IMG/VR virus record: IMGVR_UViG_3300023435_000009
Reading direction: 5' to 3' (one strand)
From: a virus
Lineage: Duplodnaviria; Caudoviricetes
DNA length: 64,000 nucleotides
Below are positions 1 through 10,200 of the stretch, piece by piece. Under the pieces are notes generated by a model. It was not told the DNA's origin and ran no database searches. It saw only the letters and a list, made by a program, of their open reading frames with translations. Within the stretch, counting starts at the first letter, position 1. Each line of letters starts with the position of its first letter. Made by a program: the position numbers and the translations under genes.

Positions 1-392
1 TGGAAAAGGTGAGCAAGGAGGGGGGCAACACGGAGAGTGTCCCTCACCAGCGGCAATGGCTTAACAGGTTGCTCAAGTCCGTCCCCAGGGCTTACGGTAA
101 TGAGCACACACCTGGTCGTTGTTGGCGGAGGTCAAGACTCCGGGAGGTACTTGGGAATACTATCAAGCCGAGTTCACAGGAGAACGTGACTTACCCTCGG
201 TTGTTTAAGTTGTTTCCGGTGGCTGAGGACTTGAATGCTGATCCTGTAGTCCTTCAACACTTCCGGGATCTGTTTGATACCCATTATTTTTTTGACGCCG
301 TGACAGAGATCGAAGAGGGGGAGAACCCTGTTTATGATCTCAATGTTCCTGAGGGTGAGTCCTTTGTAGCCAATGGTTTGACAAATCATAAC
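1..392 (+). mobile_element. C-terminal part of an intein in terminase
   Basis: Intein blocks F/G: VYDLNVPEGESFVANGLTNHN followed by Thr (HN|T at 392/393); the extein TFLAAAIAAYE fits the Thr of a Walker A GK|T. Confidence 0.9.
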
Positions 393-1967
393 ACGTTCTT
401 GGCGGCTGCTATTGCAGCATATGAGACCTACAAGCTCCTTCTGAAGGGTGATCCACAATCGTTTTACGGGTTGCCTGCTTCGAACAACGTCCAGATCATC
501 TCAGTTGCAACAGACAAGGACCAGGCGGGACTCCTCTACCAGGAGGCATCAGGACATTTCCGGAATTGCGGGTTCTTCAGCCCGTACATGGCCAACAACA
601 CCCAAAGTTACGCTCGGTTCCAGACCCCAAAGGACATCGAGCGGTTTGGTCGGTACGCAGACGATCAGACAGCCAAGGCAACCATTAAAGTGACCTTCCG
701 GTCCTGTGTTGCGAAGGGGCTTCGTGGTGCCGGTAACTTCGTGGTGATCCTGGATGAGATGGCGCACTTCACGGATGAGGGGCAATCCTCCGCCGACGCC
801 GTCTACACAGCGGTGACACCGTCCACGGCTACCTTCTCCCCGAAGGCTGAGAGGGTGCTTCCTGAGGGGGACTTTGACCCCCAGGGGGACGGTTCCGAGG
901 GACGCCACTACCGGGAGGCCACCGACTCCAGTGATGGTCGCATCATCTCCATCTCGTCCCCTCTGGGTCGTCAGGGGATGTTCTACAAGAACTTCCAGCT
1001 TGGGATGAGTGGGGGGAAGGCTGCTGAGAACTATCTGTGCATTCAGGCTCCCACGTGGGAGGTCAACCCCACGGTACCCTCGACGGAGTTGGAAAAGCAC
1101 TACGTCAAGGATCCTGTTGTGTTCTTCACGGAGTTCGGTGCAGAGTTTTCTGACCGGACGAAGGGGTTCATCGAGGACGAGAAGGACTTTATGGCTTGTG
1201 TGCCCCCTACGGCCAAGCCCGCCTCAATGGGGCTTTCACGCCGTCCTCATTATGTTGGACTGGATATCGCTCTGGTGGGTGATGCCTCGGCCATTGCTAT
1301 TGGGCACCTGGACGATGACGACCGGATTGTGCTGGATGTAGTGGACCAGATCAAGGCGGGAGATGGGAAGTACGAGCATCATGAACGGTTGGAGTTCGAT
1401 GACGTTGCTGATTGGGTGGCGGAGTATGCCCGAAAGTTCTTTTTTTCCGAAGGTATGTTTGATCACTGGGCTGGGATCCCCTTTGAGCAGGCCCTCCACA
1501 AGCGGGGGCTTCAGCAGTGCAATGCAGAGCACATGACCCGTAATTTGAACTCTGACATCTTCAAGAATTTCAAGGATATGATGTGGGACAAACGGTTGGT
1601 ACTCTACGATTGGCCTCTCTCGGAGGACAAGAGCAAGGAGCACTGTCCGTACATCACGGAGATGCTTGAGCTTCAGGCGGAGTACCACTCGAAGTATGTG
1701 ATCGAGGTCCACGCCCCCAAGATCGCTGGCAAGCACGACGATATGTCTGATGCCATCGTGCGGATGGTGTGGCTGGCTTCCAAGCACCTTGCCAATCCTC
1801 GTTACATCTCACGAGGTGGGGGGAAGCACAGGACTAGGACACAGCAGCAGAAGGCCAACAATGCAGGAGACGCTCGACGTGCCCTTATCCGGTCACGGCG
1901 AATGGGCAGCAGTCCTGATCGGCAGTTGTCCCGGTCACGTCCCGGTTGTATCCGAGGGAGACGTTGA
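9..1967 (+). CDS. terL: Terminase large subunit (5'-truncated, intein-interrupted)
   Basis: Walker B-like VVILDEMAH, coupling motif IISISSP, RNase H-like nuclease motifs YVGLDIA and KHDDMSDA; first gene of a terminase-portal-head cluster. Confidence 0.9.
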   Translation: MSKEGGNTESVPHQRQWLNRLLKSVPRAYGNEHTPGRCWRRSRLREVLGNTIKPSSQENVTYPRLFKLFPVAEDLNADPVVLQHFRDLFDTHYFFDAVTEIEEGENPVYDLNVPEGESFVANGLTNHNTFLAAAIAAYETYKLLLKGDPQSFYGLPASNNVQIISVATDKDQAGLLYQEASGHFRNCGFFSPYMANNTQSYARFQTPKDIERFGRYADDQTAKATIKVTFRSCVAKGLRGAGNFVVILDEMAHFTDEGQSSADAVYTAVTPSTATFSPKAERVLPEGDFDPQGDGSEGRHYREATDSSDGRIISISSPLGRQGMFYKNFQLGMSGGKAAENYLCIQAPTWEVNPTVPSTELEKHYVKDPVVFFTEFGAEFSDRTKGFIEDEKDFMACVPPTAKPASMGLSRRPHYVGLDIALVGDASAIAIGHLDDDDRIVLDVVDQIKAGDGKYEHHERLEFDDVADWVAEYARKFFFSEGMFDHWAGIPFEQALHKRGLQQCNAEHMTRNLNSDIFKNFKDMMWDKRLVLYDWPLSEDKSKEHCPYITEMLELQAEYHSKYVIEVHAPKIAGKHDDMSDAIVRMVWLASKHLANPRYISRGGGKHRTRTQQQKANNAGDARRALIRSRRMGSSPDRQLSRSRPGCIRGRR

Positions 1968-1992
1968 CTTTTTATACAAAGACACCCACACT
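1964..1992 (+). promoter_or_regulatory. Possible sigma70-type promoter for tnpB #1
   Basis: TTGACT-17 nt-CACACT directly upstream of the ORF; weak -10. Confidence 0.35.
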
Positions 1993-1997
1993 AAAAG

Positions 1998-3413
1998 ATG
2001 GGGGGTTTTACAAACGTCTTGAAGGTCACCCGAATACTTTTTTCTAAAGACCTCAATGCAGGCAAGTTTGCCGTCTTAGAGGAACAAGCACGTCGATTAG
2101 GACAACTTCGTTCAGAAATATGGCAACGATTCGGATCCATAAATGGCGTTGGGAAATCGGATAGAGAAATCCGAGACGAATGGTTGCAACAGAAAAGAGA
2201 GTTTGATGTTCCAGCCAACGCCTGGAAAGAAACCCTGAGAGACGCTATCTCAGATGTCAGGGCATCCCGAGAAGCTGCAAAGGTCAAAGTACGAAAGACA
2301 ATACATTGTCACACAAAGGACACTGCCGAAAGAAAACATCGGTACACGCTTCTTAAGTCAGATAACTGGACAACTGACCCTTACCTGACTCGTGTCATGC
2401 GAAAGCATTGGAAGCGTGGACACAATCACACACATAATCAAATTATCGTTCGTGCCGACAAGTACAGGATCTTTGAGCTTGATAGTCGGGTTTGGCTCAA
2501 GATACCAGGGCTAACACCACGAAAAATGGTTACAATACCTTTGGACACAACCGTACACCCAACAGGTACTCTCCGACTGATCCTTCGGGACGATAGGGTC
2601 GAGATTCACTACCAAATTGAAGTCAAAAAGGAGAATCGTCACGGAGATACCGTACTAGGTGTGGACAAGGGGTACACAGAAGTCTTTGTAGACTCTGACG
2701 GAGAACACCATGGGAAAGAACTTGGGAAACTGTTATCCTCGGAGTCCGATTACTTAAAAACCAAGCATCAACGACGGAACAAGATCAAAGCAATTACTGA
2801 AAGGAAGCCACACAAAAGAGCGAACATCGAACGAAACAATCTTGGTCGAAAGAAATTGGATCGACGAGATCGGGTTGTGAAAGCCCATGTTCGGGACAAG
2901 GTTTTCAAGGCTGCTCATGCTGTCGTTGACAAGGCAGAGGTAGTTGTTGCTGAGGATCTGACTTTCCCCATTTCTTCGAGGAAATCTTACGGAAGGAATA
3001 TGAACAGGAGACTTTCTGCTTGGACCAAGGGTGTCATTGCGGAGAGTCTTGATTCCGTATCTCAGCGTAGAGGTTCTACGCTTGCACTCGTTAATTGTGC
3101 ATATACATCGCAAGTGGATTCTCGTTATGGTGTTCTTCGTGGACGTCGTAGAGGGGACTCATTTTACTGTTTTGATGGGGTTGTTTTGCACTCTGATGAG
3201 AATGCTGCACGAAACGTTTTGGCAAGACATTACGACTTTGAGATAGGTCGTTGGACTTCATACCGGGAGGTTCGGAGTATTTTGCTTGAACGGACTGAAT
3301 GCCATCGGTTGGGACTGCTCAACCAGGACACCAGTTGCAGACCTGAGGGTCTATCAACGGTGAGCGAATTACCTTTTGGACACATGTCCTACTTAAAAAG
3401 GAACAGACGCTAA
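1998..3413 (+). mobile_element. tnpB: TnpB RNA-guided nuclease #1 (IS607/IS200-605 accessory type), no transposase
   Basis: RuvC triad GVDKG / VAEDL / HSDENAA intact; AYTSQ motif; lower GC than flanks; probable start TTG 2019 (LKVTRIL, matches paralog at 37066). Confidence 0.88.
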
Positions 3414-3670
3414 TGGGAATTCTGAGTCCTCTCAGTCCTGTCCGGGCGGACCACCGCTACATCCAAACCCTGATGCAGTCCATTTTGGGTGGTAAGGTAG
3501 AGCAGGTGCCAGAGGAGTGCAGCATGGTGTCAAGGGTCTTCCTGAAGGCAGGGGGGTCGTGGCAGCGTTTGTTCCAGGGTTCACCAGAGGACACGATCCT
3601 GCTCAAGCGTATTCTCAGGCACGCTTTCAAAACGAAGAGGCTGACCCCGAAGAGGAACTGGAAAGCATGA
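3413..3670 (+). CDS. Hypothetical protein (85 aa)
   Basis: Overlapping start/stop with both neighbours (TAATG, ATGA). Confidence 0.6.
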   Translation: MGILSPLSPVRADHRYIQTLMQSILGGKVEQVPEECSMVSRVFLKAGGSWQRLFQGSPEDTILLKRILRHAFKTKRLTPKRNWKA

Positions 3671-3966
3671 GGGATGGTAGGCAACAGAGAGCGGCTGACG
3701 CTTTTAACGCCCATGTGAGCAACGCCTCCAGATCTTTGTCCCAAGCTTCCCGTTGTGTTACGGAATTCCTCGGGGGGCGGGACATCCTCCGACGTTTGTC
3801 GAGGATGCAGGCGGAACTTGCGGGATTGCATGCCCCCAATGCTCGGACCACTGACGACCACGATCTCCTCCCGGAGGAGACACAGGCGGAACGCTCCCGT
3901 GCCCGTAGACAGAAGCGGGCGGAGGAGCGGAAACACAAGGTAGAGGCAAATGGCCAAACGCACTAA
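3667..3966 (+). CDS. Hypothetical protein (99 aa)
   Basis: ATG 3667 overlaps the previous stop; the stop overlaps the portal start. Confidence 0.6.
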   Translation: MRDGRQQRAADAFNAHVSNASRSLSQASRCVTEFLGGRDILRRLSRMQAELAGLHAPNARTTDDHDLLPEETQAERSRARRQKRAEERKHKVEANGQTH

Positions 3967-6900
3967 GTCCGACGACGCCGTGGAGGTCAAAGCGATCCCA
4001 CCCCGAAAAGGTGTAAGGACCGGCAAACCGGGCAAGATCGTCACCTCTGCCATGCGGATGAAGACTGCCATGGGTCTCCCCACGGCAGGGACGATGATGG
4101 GTGTGGGGGGCAACTACTACTCCCCCGAGTTGTCTACCGATTTCCTAGAGTTGCCCCAGAGCAGAGACGAACAGCGCAACTTCTACCGTTTCTTCTATGA
4201 TTACGAGCCCTTCGTCGGCCAGGCCATCGACCAGCACACGGAACTGCCCCTGTCCAAGCTTCGGCTCCGTATGCCTGTGGCCAAGAACCGGGAACTGGCC
4301 GAGAAGTCCATGCGGTTCTGTGAGCGCTGGGCGAAGAAGATCAAGCTCCTCCAGAAGCTGATGCGGATCACCCATGAGTACCACCTGATGGGTGAGGCCA
4401 ACATCTTCTGTGAGGATACCAACGAGGAGATGCCGGACGAGGTTCGGGCGCAGTTGATCCGAGAGATCAAAGAGGACGGGACTCTGGTCGAGCGTTGGGA
4501 CGAGTATGAGGACGCTGATGAGCGGGCCGTTGCGTGGTTGAAGAAGAACTACAAGGGCTGGACGGCGGTTCGGGTGCTGCCCCCGGAACAGGTCAAGGTG
4601 GAGAGCTTCCCCTTCACGGATGAGAAGTTGGTCGAGCTTGTGCCGGACGCCAAGAGCAAGGCCATCGTGGAAAGAGCCCGTGGCGGTGACCCAAACGCCG
4701 AGCGCATCGTGAACTCGATGCCCACCGACATTGTGCAGGCAATCCTAGAGGGTCGGAACCCGGTCCTCAACACGGACAAGGACGCTGGCTCTTTCGTTTA
4801 TACCCTGGAGCGGAAAAGGTCGGACTACGAACCTCACGGTAAGTCCATTCTTCAGCGGTGTTTTCTGCCAGGCACCCCCATTTGGGTCAGTCGAGGTGGT
4901 GTGCCCCAAGAAGTACCCGTTGAGGACGTTCAGAACGGGGAGATGGTGTTGACCCATAATGGTCGGTTCCGATCATGTCAGGTGGGATCTCGCTCCGTGG
5001 ATGAAGAGATCACCGTGATTGACGTGGAGGGGATCCAAGATCCTTTGCGTCTGACATCTGAACACAGAGTGATGCGAATTGCCGAGGACGGTACCGAGGA
5101 GTGGGTTGAGGCCCGGCACATGCGAGTGGGTGACTTGGTGCGTGAAGCACACATCGCTCCTGAGAGTGACGACGTTCCAAGTGTTGTTGATCTGGTCGAA
5201 TGGTGGCAGGGTCGGCAGTTGTTGTCGACCAAGAGGGGACGACCAAAGCTGGGACTGTCAGAAACGGATCGTCAGTTGCAGGTGCTGTCCAGTACCGCAG
5301 ATTCAGAACTGACTGTTTGTTTTGAGTACCTGTCTGATAACAGAAATCATTTGCGAGCAACAGAAGGTTTGACTCGACTTCTGCAATGGGCACACAAGCT
5401 CACTGCACCCGTTGTCAAAACACAATCTGAGGTGGCCCTGGAAGCGGGGGTTTCCGCACGGGATGTACGGGTCTATGCCCCCAGGTTGCGGAAAGAAGGT
5501 TTACTCAAAACGGAAGCTGTCTCATTAGGCCGAGGTAAACAGGTAACATGGTACCCATCTACGACGTCTGAATTACCGTCCGTTCAGACCACAATAACGT
5601 CTCCAGTTAGTTCAATTAACGTTACAGAGGAGTTTTGTTACCTCCTTGGGACATGGTTGGGGGACGGTTCCATCTGGACAGAAAAAGAGACCCTTTTGAA
5701 CGTGCATTCTCTCAAGTGGTCCCTCCATGATGAGGGAATGCGAGAAAGGATTCGGGGTCTGATCAAAGAGTGTTTTCCTGGTGTGGACATTATCACTGGT
5801 TCTCTGATGAGTAAAAAGGGACATCAGGGTGACGTTCGTGTGGAGGACCCCCTTCTAGCCCGTTGGTTCCTTGAGGAATTTGGGCACGGGTTCGATGGCA
5901 AACATCTGCCGGAATGGGTTTTCAATCTTCCTGTGTTGATGTTGCGGGCTCTCCTTCAAGGAGTGGTTGATACGGACGGATGGGTGAAGAAGGACGGAAC
6001 CACTTTAACTATAGACTTGAGGAACAAAGTCCTGGTACAGCAGCTCCATCTGTTGGCAAACCGAGTGGGGTTTCATACTCAGGTGCGGAAAACAATCCAG
6101 CGTCCGCACGTTTGGAAAAGAAAGTGGGAGAATCAACAGGGAGCACAGGAAAAGACGTACTCCTACGAGGAGCGGGAGTGTTGGAAGGTTGAATGTTGCC
6201 GCTCTGATGATATCCGGGCATGGACAGAGGGGGGGCTAAAAACCCCCACCTTGAGTGTTCCCCAACAGAAATACACCTGGTGTTCCCGTTTTAAGGGGGG
6301 GCATCTCACCCGTAAGGTCCGAGATGTTAGAATTCGCCCGTACCAGGGAGTTGTGTACTCCTTTGGTGTTGTTGGGGATGAGTCCCATATAACTGGGGGC
6401 ATCACTACTCACAACTGTATGAGAACTCTCGTCTTTAGAGACAAAGTTCGACAGTCGCTCACATCGATAGCTTCCCGACATATGACACCTTACCGTCTGG
6501 TTTATGCCGAGGACATGAACGAGGAGCAGACCGAGGCCCTCCGTGAGCAAGTCGACTTAGCTCTTCAAGACCCTGACTACTCAATCGTTACGAACTTCCA
6601 GGTCAACTGGGAGGAGATGGGTGCTGACCAGCGGCTCCCGGACTGGTCCTGGGTGTGGGACAACACGAATCAGCAGCTTTATGCTGGTCTCGGTGTGACC
6701 GAGGCTCTTTTGTCAGGTGAATCCAGCTACTCTGGGGACAGGATTTCCCTGGAGGTCATCAACAGCCGCTACATGTTCCTGAGGGAGGTGCTTCAGGACT
6801 TGGTGGAGGAGAACTTCTTCGAGCCAATGTGTCGCCGGATGGGTTTTGTGGAGGAGGATGAGGATGGGAACATGCAGGTAATCGTTCCTGGCCTGTCCTT

Positions 6901-7201
6901 CACCCGGTTGGCCCTGCGGGACACGGCGGACACATTCGACGCTCTGTTCAATTTGTACCAGAAGGGTTCGTTGGATATTGATGTGATCCTCGATCTTATG
7001 AATATCGATCCGGTGACCACCCAGGAGAAGCTCAAGCGGGATCTGTTCACGTTGAATGATGCCACCTTCAACGAGCTTCTCCGGGGCGTGTATGGCAAAG
7101 CTGGGGATCTGCTTGTGGACGGTACAACCATCATGGAGAAGATCGCAGAGAACCTGGGCCTCAAGTATGTGAAGCCCAAGGACGATGCCGGTCGTTTCTA
7201 A
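3950..7201 (+). CDS. Portal protein (about 564 aa after intein removal)
   Basis: Position after terminase; helical phage-portal-like sequence (FYRFFYDYEPFVGQAID; GVTEALLSGE); interrupted by an intein. Confidence 0.8.
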   Translation: MAKRTKSDDAVEVKAIPPRKGVRTGKPGKIVTSAMRMKTAMGLPTAGTMMGVGGNYYSPELSTDFLELPQSRDEQRNFYRFFYDYEPFVGQAIDQHTELPLSKLRLRMPVAKNRELAEKSMRFCERWAKKIKLLQKLMRITHEYHLMGEANIFCEDTNEEMPDEVRAQLIREIKEDGTLVERWDEYEDADERAVAWLKKNYKGWTAVRVLPPEQVKVESFPFTDEKLVELVPDAKSKAIVERARGGDPNAERIVNSMPTDIVQAILEGRNPVLNTDKDAGSFVYTLERKRSDYEPHGKSILQRCFLPGTPIWVSRGGVPQEVPVEDVQNGEMVLTHNGRFRSCQVGSRSVDEEITVIDVEGIQDPLRLTSEHRVMRIAEDGTEEWVEARHMRVGDLVREAHIAPESDDVPSVVDLVEWWQGRQLLSTKRGRPKLGLSETDRQLQVLSSTADSELTVCFEYLSDNRNHLRATEGLTRLLQWAHKLTAPVVKTQSEVALEAGVSARDVRVYAPRLRKEGLLKTEAVSLGRGKQVTWYPSTTSELPSVQTTITSPVSSINVTEEFCYLLGTWLGDGSIWTEKETLLNVHSLKWSLHDEGMRERIRGLIKECFPGVDIITGSLMSKKGHQGDVRVEDPLLARWFLEEFGHGFDGKHLPEWVFNLPVLMLRALLQGVVDTDGWVKKDGTTLTIDLRNKVLVQQLHLLANRVGFHTQVRKTIQRPHVWKRKWENQQGAQEKTYSYEERECWKVECCRSDDIRAWTEGGLKTPTLSVPQQKYTWCSRFKGGHLTRKVRDVRIRPYQGVVYSFGVVGDESHITGGITTHNCMRTLVFRDKVRQSLTSIASRHMTPYRLVYAEDMNEEQTEALREQVDLALQDPDYSIVTNFQVNWEEMGADQRLPDWSWVWDNTNQQLYAGLGVTEALLSGESSYSGDRISLEVINSRYMFLREVLQDLVEENFFEPMCRRMGFVEEDEDGNMQVIVPGLSFTRLALRDTADTFDALFNLYQKGSLDIDVILDLMNIDPVTTQEKLKRDLFTLNDATFNELLRGVYGKAGDLLVDGTTIMEKIAENLGLKYVKPKDDAGRF
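4859..6415 (+). mobile_element. Intein (519 aa) with LAGLIDADG endonuclease in portal
   Basis: N-terminus CFLPGT, block B LRLTSEH, LAGLIDADG motifs YLLGTWLGDGS and LQGVVDTDG, C-terminus TTHN|C. Confidence 0.92.
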
Positions 7202-7236
7202 GCCTATCCCTTCCCTCCCTTAGAGGGGGATCTATC

Positions 7237-10200
7237 GTGAAAAGAGCCGACGCAGAAAACGGGAAAAAGACGGGTGACCGTTCAGACGTTGGTCTGTTTA
7301 TCCCTCTTCCCGGAGATTTGGCATCCCAGTTTCCTGATCTAGGTAGCAACGACCAGTCGGTGCCTCACTCCACCTTCCTCTTCGTAGGATCCGTCCCGCA
7401 GGGCCGGGAAGAGCGGCTGCTGGAGGTGGTGAGGGGTGTGCTGGCAGAGTTGTCCGGTCCGGTCCGGGCGCAACTGGCGTCGGACATTGAGTACTTTGTA
7501 CATCCGGCCAAGCAACGTCGGGTGGCGGTCCTCCCCGTCCGTTTTAGCCATGATCTGGCGGCGATTCGATGGAAGCTCCGGGACGCTCTGGTAGATGACG
7601 GGTTTGATGTGGATGACAGCTTCCCATTGATCTACCGTCCCCATGTGACCTTGGAGTATCTTAACGACCTGGACGAGACCTATGTCGGGACTGTCCCGTC
7701 CGGTGGGTGGTCCCTCAACGGGATCGAAGTCTGGGGTCTGCCCCGTGTGGTGGAGGTCCCCTTCAGCAGCGTCAGCAAGTTGGCCCACCGGCATGTGGAG
7801 TCCAAGGCCCACCACCGTTCCGTCGCACTCATGAAGTTCCTTTCAGGGGTAGCCCGGAAGCTGGGCGTTGGTAACGACGTGTACGTCGTCGGTGGTGCCG
7901 TCCGGAACTTTGTGCTGGATCCCACGGGTCTGAAGTATCCGATTAAGGACATAGATGTCGTCATAGATCCTGTAGCGCTCCGCCGCCCTGACGCCTCCGA
8001 CTGGTTCGCCCAGAAGGTGAAGCGGGCCATCCCCGTGGACGTGAGCCTCGTGACTAACTCGTATGGGGTGAGCATTGTTACAATTACGGGGGATTGGATC
8101 CTGGATGGTGTGTCCATGGCTGGGGAAGTCATAGAGATCGCCAACGCCCGGACCGAGTCCTATGGCGGCACTGCTGGTAAGGGTTACAAACCCCATTTGG
8201 TGGAGCCTGCGACCATCGAAGAGGATGTTAAACGCAGAGACTTCAGTTTTAATACCCTCCTCTGGCGGATGCATGACCTTGCCAACGGCCCGGATCAAGT
8301 GGCGATTCTGGACCTGACGGGCTGCGGGATGAAGGATCTCCAGGATGGGTGGATGCGCTGCCCCTCCAAGCCGGACAGGACCTTCTCGGACGATCCTTCG
8401 AGGATGGTCCGAACTATAAAGTTCATGTTGAAATACGGTTTCAAGATCAGCTCCGAGGTCAAGGCGTCCATCAAGAAGAACGCCCCGAAGCTCAAGAACA
8501 TCCCACCGGGGCACCTGTCCAATATGATCATTGAGACTTTCTTCACGCCCGGTGTGGGAAAGAAGGCCCTCCTGGAGATGGACAAGCTGGGGCTGCTTGA
8601 GGTGACACGGGACATCGCCAGGAAGGATAAGAAGTTCCGGCAGGCTTTGGCCAACTGGGCGGACGCTCATGCCTCCGTGGAGTTCATCTTCGATCTGATG
8701 GATCTGGGGATGCCTTCCGGCAAGCGGTTGGGTTTCCTGAAGCCTGCACAGAAGGATCGTGTACGGGAGATCACCGTACAGATGGATGCCGATGGGTCGG
8801 ATGCCTTTGTGCGGCTGTTGGAGCAGCCGGGCAAGGTCCTCGACATGCCCGGACTCATTACAGAATATGGGTTCAAGGGTGCTGAGATCCGTGCCCTTGT
8901 AGAGGCAGCCCGCACGGCTCTGTTGGACGAGCCTCTCCTGGCCTCGTCCGGTCGGAAGTGGGAGGACAAGATCCGGCGCAGGCTGGGTAAACCTGCTGGG
9001 AAGACCGCTGGAAATGAGGCTCATGTGGTAGCCTCTAAGCCTGTTGTGATTGACGAGGTTCACCTCAAAAAGCTCAAGAAGGACTTCCTCACCTTCACCC
9101 GACAGATTAAGAAACCGAAGGACTACGACCAAGCCCGGTATATGGCTGACGCCTATACTCGTTGGCGGGTGCAGTTCGAGGATTTCATCAAGCGTCTCTG
9201 GAAGTACATGGATGGCCTTCACTGGAGGCATCCGAATTTGTTCTCTGAAAACGACAGAGACTACTGGCGTCGAGTCGTTGGGGAGGATACCTGGGTCCTT
9301 CAAACTGAGAACTTCCCGCTACAGCATCCTGATGACTACTGGACAGAGGAACAGTGTGTTGCTGAGTTTGAGCAGCGACGTGGGCCATGGGTCCGAAAAG
9401 TTCAGAGAGGGGCTCGGGAGGCTTGGTCCCGTCTTGATGACTTCGTCTCGTGGATGGAGACCAACCGTCTCCAAGCGCTACAGACAGAGGGGGACAAGGT
9501 CACACTTGAGTACCCCGAGGTTTACAAGGAGAACATCGACGGTTTCCAGTTGACGTTCAAGGGAATCGAACCGGATGACCGGGCGGAGGTTAAGGGGTTC
9601 TTGGCAGGGCTGAAGAGGTATAAGGCACTGGCTGCGAAGCGTATGCCCCTTCTTCTTCGGAGGAAACTCCCCATCGTCGTGAACAGTATGGGTGAGGTGG
9701 GGCTTGAGTGGGGTGGTCAGTACCACACCCGTTACATTGATTTCAACCTTGCCTCGTCCAGTAGCTCAGGGATACAGAATCGCACTGTTCATGTCTTGGC
9801 TCATGAGATGGGGCATCATATCTTCAAGTCTCTTGGCAGTAAGTCCCGGAAGTTCTGGGACACCCTCATCCGGGGGGACATGGAGCCGTTGGATCTGAAA
9901 AAGATTTACCCCCTGATGAAGGCGGGGGAGGATCTTCAGTGGCTTGCTTTCGACATCGAGGAGAAAGATCCAATCCTTGCCCTCCAGTTAACAGGGGTGA
10001 GCGAGGACTGGCGATGGAAGCACAATGTCCCGACTAAAGAGAAGGTCAAGGAGTTCATTGACGGCGGTGAGGTGCAGATCCATGTTCCCAAGCGCCCCAT
10101 CACCTACTACGCCTCAAAGAACCCAGAGGAAGCCTTCTGTGAGGTGGTCGGGCTTCTGGTTGCCAATGGCCCTGGGTCGGTGGACAACGAGATCCTCCAC

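Noticed and set aside
7843-9303. 486-aa antisense ORF (likewise 25894-27057, 40548-41477 and many shorter ones)
   Set aside because: They lie opposite well-supported genes in GC-rich DNA and show no motifs.
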